Shown here piece after piece: positions 38,573 to 44,564 of a DNA stretch of 44,564 nucleotides; the stretch's first letter is position 1, and each line of letters starts with the position of its first letter. Below the pieces are notes generated by a model. The model searched no databases, had not been told where the DNA came from, and was given only the letters and a program-made list of their open reading frames with translations. The DNA comes from a virus. Taxonomy: Duplodnaviria > Caudoviricetes. Where the stretch lies: the IMG/VR virus record IMGVR_UViG_3300031655_000011, positions 1 to 44,564 of that record. One strand, given 5' to 3'. The translations under genes were made by a program, and so were the position numbers.

Positions 38573-39268
38573 TTACTCCTTAGTCTTTAGGTTAGCATTA
38601 TACAAAGCTCTTGCTGAGGTAGATCCCCACAGAGACTCTGGTAATGTTTTGTATGTCTTGAGAAGAGCATCTTTAGCATCCTCATCTCCAGACATTGATG
38701 CCTCTTTAACGAGTGCATCATCTTTCCTCTGAAAGACACGGTCTTCCAAAGGCTCTTGGTCAGGTATATCTCCAACCGAAAAGTCTTCTACATCATATAA
38801 TACTTCATTGACAGGAAAGGTCTGCTTTCCTTCTTTGTTAGTTTCTATCTGCTCACTTACTAAGGCTGATATATCGTGTGTGCTTACTTCTTGAGATAGC
38901 TTTATACCAGGCACATTCAGCAGTGGCTTGTCTAGTTTTTGGCCACTAATCTCTTCATATCTTTCTATAATCTCGGTATTTGTATGCTTGACTAGTAGAC
39001 CATCTCTTTGCATGGATTCCATACATGAGGTCAGTACATTTATAAGATTAGAGCCTATGCCTCGTCCTTTAGTATCACCCCCGAAAGATTCCATGCAATC
39101 ATATACTGCTACAATGGTTTCAATCTTAACTCTGACACTATATGTACGAGTGCCGGCACGTCTCAGTGATTGATCTATTTTAGACTCGTAGTCTTCACCA
39201 GCTTCTTCTCTGCTTTTCTGGTATGATTCTCTTTTACGGTCAGCTTCAGCTTCTATATCTTTTTTCAT
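38573..39268 (-). CDS. Hypothetical protein (231 aa)
   Basis: Likely start MKKDIE at 39268 with AAGGA RBS. Confidence 0.7.
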   Translation of the reverse strand: MKKDIEAEADRKRESYQKSREEAGEDYESKIDQSLRRAGTRTYSVRVKIETIVAVYDCMESFGGDTKGRGIGSNLINVLTSCMESMQRDGLLVKHTNTEIIERYEEISGQKLDKPLLNVPGIKLSQEVSTHDISALVSEQIETNKEGKQTFPVNEVLYDVEDFSVGDIPDQEPLEDRVFQRKDDALVKEASMSGDEDAKDALLKTYKTLPESLWGSTSARALYNANLKTKE

Positions 39269-39344
39269 CGGTTTGTCCTTCTTATCAATACTATGTAAAG
39301 GCACGCAAAAGTTGCCAACATAAGTAAACTCATTTGTTGTACTC

Positions 39345-39527
39345 TTAGTAATGCAATTCGTGTGCCAACTTGACAGACCTGAGAGATTTAATATTTCTCT
39401 CCATTTTTTCACGAATTGCTGTTGAAGCAAAGTCGCTAGGGTTTATTTTAAAACCTCTAGTCTTTTCAAACTCTATTAAGTAACTTTGCAGAAGTTCTAT
39501 AACTTTCGGATCAATTTTAACTTCCAT
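39345..39527 (-). CDS. Ribbon-helix-helix-like regulator (putative)
   Basis: MEVKIDPKVIELL...PSDFASTAIREKM. Confidence 0.6.
   Translation of the reverse strand: MEVKIDPKVIELLQSYLIEFEKTRGFKINPSDFASTAIREKMERNIKSLRSVKLAHELHY
39352..39368 (-). promoter_or_regulatory. Sigma54-type -24/-12 promoter candidate
   Basis: Minus strand TTGGCACACGAATTGCA; GG-N10-GC spacing. Confidence 0.45.
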
Positions 39528-39532
39528 GTTAT

Positions 39533-39561
39533 ATCTTACGCTATAGTTTATCAAATTGCAA
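39533..39561 (-). promoter_or_regulatory. Sigma70-type promoter
   Basis: TTGCAA-N17-TAAGAT, ending 5 nt before ATG 39527. Confidence 0.55.
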
Positions 39562-39852
39562 GTTATTTTTTAATAAATTATCGATTTTATCGGATTCTCT
39601 TTCAATTTGCTGACTTTCTTTCCTGCTTATCAGTGGATATTCAATATCTTCGGTGAAATCACAATCTCGGCAGAAGTAATGTACTGTCATATTACCTCCT
39701 TGCATAACATTTGTAGCATAGAAGTTACTAACGTCTAGGTCACTGCTACGGCATTGTGTGCATTCTAATTTACCTTCTATGTGACATTTTATGGTCATGC
39801 GAGGGCCTTTATGCCAGAATTCAAACTTGCGTTTGTATTGTTTATTTTCCAT
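39541..39852 (-). CDS. Zn-finger-like hypothetical protein
   Basis: CTQC...CRDC. Confidence 0.7.
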   Translation of the reverse strand: MENKQYKRKFEFWHKGPRMTIKCHIEGKLECTQCRSSDLDVSNFYATNVMQGGNMTVHYFCRDCDFTEDIEYPLISRKESQQIERESDKIDNLLKNNLQFDKL

Positions 39853-40135
39853 ATGACTCTCTATGTATTATGTTTTTCATTTCTACAGTGGTCAATTCTT
39901 TTACGTTACGACTGTAATTAGGTCTAGCATGCGAATGTTGTCTGCTGGTTGAGCTAGAATACTTATCACTGTTCTCATACCACCAGCCTTTTCTAAATAA
40001 GAACATAGGATAATGTGTCCCGTATGAATACACAACGTATAGTTTGCCTATGTTACGAGCAAACAGGTTAGAGCCATCAAACTCTCTTCTATTCTCAACG
40101 TAAAGACGGCAAACTTTATTAGTTATTTTGTCCAT
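39842..40135 (-). CDS. Phage hypothetical protein
   Basis: YVVYSYGTHYP...WYENSDKYSSSTSRQ; AAGGA before MDKITN. Confidence 0.7.
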   Translation of the reverse strand: MDKITNKVCRLYVENRREFDGSNLFARNIGKLYVVYSYGTHYPMFLFRKGWWYENSDKYSSSTSRQHSHARPNYSRNVKELTTVEMKNIIHRESYGK

Positions 40136-40331
40136 GTTTTTTCCTTGGGTTAAGATTAAAATCTGCAACTAGGTCTTTTATTTCATCCATAGTTACGTCA
40201 TGTTTTGCGGCCCCTCTATTGGGATTCTTAACCATAAAGTAAAAGAGCCACAGTTCTTGCTCAGCGATAGGTAGATGCCGTCTAGTTTTGAGCAATTGTA
40301 TTCCGGCATTCTTTGCTAAATTATTTATCAT
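40119..40331 (-). CDS. Hypothetical protein
   Basis: 70 aa; GAGGAG RBS. Confidence 0.65.
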   Translation of the reverse strand: MINNLAKNAGIQLLKTRRHLPIAEQELWLFYFMVKNPNRGAAKHDVTMDEIKDLVADFNLNPRKKHGQNN

Positions 40332-40563
40332 TATCTAAATTCTCCTCTAAGTAATAAAATTCAGCCGCATCAGAGTAAGCACTGAGGTCTCTTATGTAGA
40401 CTTCTGGTACTTTTGCGGACGGTGAGTCTGCTAAGTGAACTATTTGGTTTTTCTTCAGGTACTCGGCAGTCTCTCTTTCTATATCAGACCGCAGAGCTTC
40501 TTTATCTATCTTGTATTCTTTAAAGAACGGTAGACCTTTAAATACGTGTCGCTTGCTATCCAT
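40321..40563 (-). CDS. Hypothetical protein (weak SutA-like motif)
   Basis: DKEALRSDIERETAEYLKK. Confidence 0.6.
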   Translation of the reverse strand: MDSKRHVFKGLPFFKEYKIDKEALRSDIERETAEYLKKNQIVHLADSPSAKVPEVYIRDLSAYSDAAEFYYLEENLDNDK

Positions 40564-40843
40564 GGTCAGTGTACCGGTCTAGATGTTCTAGCTTATCTAG
40601 GAAGTCAGGGTCTTCATGCCAGTCGTGTGTGCCAACATTATGGCAATCTGCATTATAGATAGTCTGGTCTGGATCTTTTGCAAACTCTATTTCATCAATG
40701 TCAAAGTCGGAGATATACTCTTCACAGTCGTGGCCTTTATTAAATCCCCAAGCTTCTGTCATACCAACGGAGTCATTATCCCATTGTATATTAGATACAT
40801 GAACTGCTAGGTCTAGACCATTTAGTTCCCAATCTATTTTCAT
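40556..40843 (-). CDS. Very acidic hypothetical protein
   Basis: 95 aa, D/E-rich; GGAGG RBS. Confidence 0.7.
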   Translation of the reverse strand: MKIDWELNGLDLAVHVSNIQWDNDSVGMTEAWGFNKGHDCEEYISDFDIDEIEFAKDPDQTIYNADCHNVGTHDWHEDPDFLDKLEHLDRYTDHG

Positions 40844-41061
40844 AAATCCTCCATATCAAAAACCGCTAATCTTCTTTCTTTAGCATAGCGTATCTTTAAT
40901 TCGGTATGTCCGTCCATCTTTAGATCTCGTAGGTTTCCTACCATGCCATCCCATTTAGAGCCTATATCCATGACGCGGAAGTCTGCTTGTCCTTGCAGGG
41001 CTTTCTGTACGTCTTTTCTGGATTTGTAATCTTTGCCATATGCCGGTATCATTGTGATCAT
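40840..41061 (-). CDS. Phage hypothetical protein
   Basis: IPAYGKDYKS motif; ATGA overlaps. Confidence 0.75.
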   Translation of the reverse strand: MITMIPAYGKDYKSRKDVQKALQGQADFRVMDIGSKWDGMVGNLRDLKMDGHTELKIRYAKERRLAVFDMEDL

Positions 41062-41285
41062 ATTCTATCCTTTAGTTTATTTTCTAGGTTAACAATTCTG
41101 GAAGTATGAGATTTAATGCCTTCCATTAAGATTTTATTTTTTTCTGCTTCTTCTTCTTTCATACGATTGAAAAGGGCTAGGAGTTCTTTCTCTTCTCGGA
41201 CTAGGAACTCTTCAATCTTGAAGTCTATTTCACTTCGTATCAGGTCAATCATACTATCTCTATTCATTTTCTTTCTCCATTTCAT
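41058..41285 (-). CDS. Coiled-coil hypothetical protein
   Basis: 75 aa; start uncertain. Confidence 0.6.
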   Translation of the reverse strand: MKWRKKMNRDSMIDLIRSEIDFKIEEFLVREEKELLALFNRMKEEEAEKNKILMEGIKSHTSRIVNLENKLKDRI

Positions 41286-41568
41286 GGTGAATCCATTTGT
41301 ACTTTCTTTTGACTGTCTGGTCTATTTTGATAACTTGACGGAAGTTCTTTAGTTCTTCAAGTGGTGAAATTGATGGGGCGCGATCCTCAAGTTCTAGGAC
41401 AAATGCTAGAGCTTGCTTTCTTGTGCGTCCTATAAAGCCAACTTTTCGGGCACTATCTAACGTACTTTTTACTGCCCACATAGGTAGCTTGATTTCTAGC
41501 TTGAGCCTATGTCTGAGTACAGCTAGGCCGTACCGATACATCTGATTCTGGTTTGTAAGCATAGTCAT
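41260..41568 (-). CDS. Hypothetical protein
   Basis: 102 aa in the early gene string. Confidence 0.65.
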   Translation of the reverse strand: MTMLTNQNQMYRYGLAVLRHRLKLEIKLPMWAVKSTLDSARKVGFIGRTRKQALAFVLELEDRAPSISPLEELKNFRQVIKIDQTVKRKYKWIHHEMEKENE

Positions 41569-41834
41569 ATTACTTCTCCGTCTTGGTCTATGTGAGTTTC
41601 AATGCCGAAGCATTTCATTTGAAGGTTCTGCTCAATCTCAGCTAGTATCTTGCTGAAACTCTTAGTGATGGCATCTGGATTCTCAGCCTCTACTTTATGT
41701 GCTGGGACTCGCAGACTAGCTCTCTCGCCTATGTCTATTATGTATGCAGGTGGCGTATCATTCTCTGCATATCGTACAATTGTGCCTATAGCCATCCCGC
41801 CTTTAGGATGCTGAACTCTTACTTTTACTTTCAT
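41565..41834 (-). CDS. Hypothetical protein, SH3-like N-terminus (tentative)
   Basis: VRVQHPKGGMAIGTIV...YIIDI. Confidence 0.65.
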   Translation of the reverse strand: MKVKVRVQHPKGGMAIGTIVRYAENDTPPAYIIDIGERASLRVPAHKVEAENPDAITKSFSKILAEIEQNLQMKCFGIETHIDQDGEVI

Positions 41835-42045
41835 TTGATCTTACTAGTTTTAGGTTGCCTCTGGACTCTGGTATTAGATGCAAGACCATTCTATACATCT
41901 CAGGATCCATAAAATATACTGTGCATTCTTCTTCTAAATCAAAGCCTAGGATGTATTCTAGCACATCTTTAGGCAGTGTACATTCTCTGTGAGTGAGTGG
42001 GCCTCTAGGCTCAATGAACTCACGAACCACTATTCGTCTAGACAT
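41803..42045 (-). CDS. Hypothetical protein
   Basis: 80 aa, overlapping both neighbours. Confidence 0.6.
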   Translation of the reverse strand: MSRRIVVREFIEPRGPLTHRECTLPKDVLEYILGFDLEEECTVYFMDPEMYRMVLHLIPESRGNLKLVRSNESKSKSSAS

Positions 42046-42326
42046 TTGTGGCCTTCTGGATGACTACACTTTGTCTGCATTGACTTTATATATTTGGCAA
42101 TGTTTTCGGCTGTGTAGTCATCACTGGGATGAACATACAATTTAAATGGAGCAAACTCTCCATAACATAGCCCAAGCTTCTGGATAAGGCTATCTATATT
42201 ATCATGTGAATGGTTTAGGATGCTGGCAAGTTGCCAGTGACCTTTAATTGACCCAAGCATAGACTTATACTCTCGGAGTATATCTATTAAGTCATGCTCG
42301 ATATTCATTCTCATTGGCTGTGCCAT
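42030..42326 (-). CDS. Hypothetical protein
   Basis: 98 aa; AAGGAG RBS. Confidence 0.7.
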   Translation of the reverse strand: MAQPMRMNIEHDLIDILREYKSMLGSIKGHWQLASILNHSHDNIDSLIQKLGLCYGEFAPFKLYVHPSDDYTAENIAKYIKSMQTKCSHPEGHKCLDE

Positions 42327-42443
42327 TTCTGCTCTCCTTGTTTGATAGATTTGTCTTCATATAATATAGTAATGCAATGAGCATACCACTGTCGCTCTGG
42401 TACGCATATATTTTATATGCCAGTATTCGACAGTCGAAGTATG

Positions 42444-42545
42444 TTACATCATAATAAGATAATTCTCAAGCCTTACTAACATAAGGATAGATATTGCTTG
42501 TAACAGGAGTATGCTTAGGTAAGCACTGAAGTGGAATAAATTCAT
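42444..42545 (-). CDS. 33-aa hydrophobic peptide (not in ORF track)
   Basis: MNLFHFSAYLSILLLQAISILMLVRLENYLIMM; AAAGGAG RBS; ATGA overlap. Confidence 0.5.
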   Translation of the reverse strand: MNLFHFSAYLSILLLQAISILMLVRLENYLIMM

Positions 42546-42820
42546 GTTTGTTCTCCTTTCATGACTAGGGTTTGAACCGCGTACTGAGTACATTTGAGGA
42601 ACTTATCGCAGTCATCACAGAAACTAAGAGGGCATATCTCAGCCTCTAGGATCATATCATCTAAGTATAGGATACAATCTAAATCGATTGATCCGTCTGC
42701 ATTTGTTGGATAGGCAATCCATTCATCATAGGTCTTAGTGTAATGATGTCCGTCTGCCTCATTATAGAAGTACAATATGCCATTAATTGTACGACTTACT
42801 CGGTGCATATTTTTAAACAT
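42542..42820 (-). CDS. Hypothetical protein with Cys cluster
   Basis: C-terminal C-x4-C-x2-C-x5-C. Confidence 0.65.
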   Translation of the reverse strand: MFKNMHRVSRTINGILYFYNEADGHHYTKTYDEWIAYPTNADGSIDLDCILYLDDMILEAEICPLSFCDDCDKFLKCTQYAVQTLVMKGEQT

Positions 42821-42832
42821 ATAATTCTCTAT

Positions 42833-42867
42833 AAAAAGTTGCTCTGCACACAGTATTGCGGCAGAGC
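42833..42867 (-). terminator. Hairpin with U-rich tail on minus strand
   Basis: GCTCTGC...GCAGAGC then AACTTTTT. Confidence 0.45.
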
Positions 42868-42950
42868 TTCTGGTAGACTTAGCCTCTCATGTCTTCCCTC
42901 CTTTCAATTCTTGTTTACCTTTTTTGTGTTGACTGTCTCATGTGGCAAGC

Positions 42951-43049
42951 ACTTTCCCCCGTTATGCGTACATAGTATATTTTTTTTTTTTTTTTTTTAT
43001 ATACATAGTAGGGGGGAAATCGCTAACCACACACCACACTGCACCACAC
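42951..43049. other. T19 tract with flanking repeats; origin-like element
   Basis: TTTCCCCC...GGGGGGAAA inverted repeat, TACATAGTA x2, ACCACAC x3. Confidence 0.45.
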
Positions 43050-43060
43050 TTTATGTTTTT

Positions 43061-43087
43061 CTGTCTGCATTTTAGCAATAGCATAGC
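43061..43087. repeat. 3' arm of 27-bp imperfect inverted repeat
   Basis: Complementary to 43623-43649. Confidence 0.8.
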
Positions 43088-43094
43088 ATTTATA

Positions 43095-43592
43095 CTACTT
43101 TTTCATTAATTTCTTCAAGTCAGGATCATTTGCAAGTAATTTATCTATGAAAGCTTGCTTTGCTTCGGTAGACATTTGACTCACAGCTTGACCTGCTTGC
43201 TCTTGTTTCTTAGCCACAGACTTCAAGCTTCTGTCTGTAGATGGATGTCGTAAATTCTGATTCCAGCCTAGATCAGCATAGTTCTGGCAATGCTCATCTA
43301 TTTCTTCTTGACTAGCATCTGGATTTACATTAATGAACGCTATCATTTCATTTCTTATCGGATCATCAGCCAGTACAGCAATGAATCGGCTGAACATATG
43401 TTCTTTAACAATATCGTCTGTCCAGTTCTCAAGCAAAGTATCTAGGATATCTTGACTCGATAACTTAGGATCGACTACTGCCTTCCAGTTTCCTTTGGCA
43501 TCCTCACCATCAATTGCAGGTAGAGATACTTTCACAAAACTGTGAACATTATTTTTAGGGCTTCTGATCATTCTAGTTATTTTATTGAACAT
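43095..43592 (-). CDS. First gene of the minus-strand arm, hypothetical 165 aa
   Basis: AAGGA RBS; enclosed by inverted repeats. Confidence 0.8.
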   Translation of the reverse strand: MFNKITRMIRSPKNNVHSFVKVSLPAIDGEDAKGNWKAVVDPKLSSQDILDTLLENWTDDIVKEHMFSRFIAVLADDPIRNEMIAFINVNPDASQEEIDEHCQNYADLGWNQNLRHPSTDRSLKSVAKKQEQAGQAVSQMSTEAKQAFIDKLLANDPDLKKLMKK

Positions 43593-43622
43593 GGCTATCC
43601 TTAATTATATATTATTAGATTC

Positions 43623-43649
43623 GCTATGCTATCAATAAAATGCAAACTG
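43623..43649. repeat. 5' arm of 27-bp imperfect inverted repeat
   Basis: Complementary to 43061-43087. Confidence 0.8.
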
Positions 43650-44207
43650 ATTCAATTTTCTAAGAACTATCTAAAGACTTTTTTCCCGCAAAGTGTAGCG
43701 CATTGAAATGCAGAGTTGAAATGCATCTATTTATTTTTTTTTGTTATACTATAGTATCGACAAAAACTAGTAAGTGCTTTAACTTTATTTTAATTTAATT
43801 TCATTTTTATTTATTTTGATTGGCAGATATCATTTGTTATATTAGTTTACAAATGCCTAGAATGAGCGTACATAATTATAAACATATTATGTTAGGTTAG
43901 CGATTGCAGGAATATATGATTGGCTATATATTGAATCAGGCGTAGCAAGTATATGCTAAGGCATTTTATTAGTCTATGCTAATAATATTTATATATGCCT
44001 ACGAATTTATTTTTGCAGGAAAAAACCCCCTTTCGACTACTATATATGTTTTTTGACCCTCCTATACAAATTGTGATATTAGAGCGTTTAATACTTGAGA
44101 GGGAGAAGGTAGCGAAGTTCGACTGCCGAACATTGGCACGGAAAGCATTTGCACGACAAATTCCCCAAAAGATTCAGACTATCTTGTTTCATCTTTGACC
44201 CAGACTA

Positions 44208-44236
44208 TTGACAGTTTTTATGCTATACTATATACT
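44208..44236 (+). promoter_or_regulatory. Near-consensus sigma70 promoter for the packaging/structural arm
   Basis: TTGACA-N17-TATACT, then AGGAGG and ATG 44264. Confidence 0.75.
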
Positions 44237-44263
44237 TGAATAAACTATATTAATAGGAGGAAT

Positions 44264-44365
44264 ATGAGTGTTTCATCTTTAGAATATCTTAAACAAATTA
44301 TAAGCGGAAAATATTCTAAGAAAGTAAAAGACCAGTATAATGAATACAAGCGAGTTATTACCTGA
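44264..44365 (+). CDS. 33-aa leader ORF (not in ORF track)
   Basis: MSVSSLEYLKQIISGKYSKKVKDQYNEYKRVIT; AGGAGG RBS; overlaps terS start. Confidence 0.5.
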   Translation: MSVSSLEYLKQIISGKYSKKVKDQYNEYKRVIT

Positions 44366-44564
44366 GATACAATCGTTCTCATTACCAACAGGCTCATTAG
44401 AGAGTGTAGTATTTGAGAGCTATAGTTCTCCTCAGTTAAAAGCTCTAAGACCCATTCATTATAGAGTTATATCGTTGCATCTGTCAGGGCTGAAGAATAC
44501 AGATATATCTAGGCAGTTAAATATACATCAGCAGACAGTAGTAAATGTAGTGCATTCCCGTCTA
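44340..44564 (+). CDS. terS: Terminase small subunit, 5' part
   Basis: MNTSELLPEIQSFSLPTGSLESVVFESYSSPQLKALRP..., continuous with the ORF ending at 387. Confidence 0.7.
   Translation, partial: MNTSELLPEIQSFSLPTGSLESVVFESYSSPQLKALRPIHYRVISLHLSGLKNTDISRQLNIHQQTVVNVVHSRL
44424..44564. repeat. Right copy of 141-bp terminal direct repeat
   Basis: Matches 1-141 with one mismatch. Confidence 0.95.

Noticed and set aside
39269-39430. N-terminal extension of the 285-aa ORF (also the track extensions starting at 31557, 28921, 23876 and 29309)
   Set aside because: Most overlap upstream genes; downstream ATGs have better RBS or coupling
42743-43075. 110-aa plus-strand ORF with poly-Phe
   Set aside because: Reads through the T19 tract, antisense to the early arm, no RBS
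44133-44153. Second sigma54-like site TTGGCACGGAAAGC
   Set aside because: GG-to-GC spacing is 8, not the required 10
44101-44167. tRNA-like GC-richer patch (GTTCGA, ends in CCA)
   Set aside because: No 7-bp acceptor stem and the T-loop motif is in the wrong place; GTTCGA belongs to the palindrome family
43995-44198. 67-aa ORF in the control region
   Set aside because: No RBS, upstream of the identified promoter, no motif
1-44564. Stop-codon reassignment or prophage/integration module
   Set aside because: Standard code gives dense, full-length genes ending in TAA, TAG and TGA; no integrase, att site or host genes seen

Overview
The window is a complete, circularly closed tailed dsDNA phage genome of about 44,423 bp. 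Bases 1-141 repeat at 44424-44564 with one mismatch. The organisation is podovirus-like with two divergent arms. The + strand arm (about 44264 through the junction to 30105) carries small and large terminase, a degenerate PurD-like ATP-grasp protein, portal, scaffold, major capsid, adaptor, tail-collar fibre, nozzle, three ejection proteins, an array of tail adhesin/chaperone genes and a lysis cassette (M15 peptidase, holin-like and spanin-like small ORFs). The - strand arm (43592 to 30041) carries small early genes, a PD-(D/E)XK nuclease, an AAA_24/Sak4-like ATPase, a DUF669 SSB, a ParB-DNA methyltransferase fusion, a UDG-exonuclease-PolA fusion and a DUF3987-like ATPase. I recognised no integrase, RNA polymerase, primase, tRNA or CRISPR array. 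The most unusual signals are: (1) a 27-bp long-range RNA stem, with G-U wobbles only on the sense strand, enclosing the first early gene; (2) two intact but catalytically eroded enzymes, the PurD-like protein and the UDG domain; (3) a dispersed TTCGAC-N-GTCGAA palindrome family; (4) a T19/inverted-repeat/ACCACAC origin-like element; (5) a near-consensus sigma54 promoter before the replication operon. All family assignments are from motif recognition by eye, not database searches.
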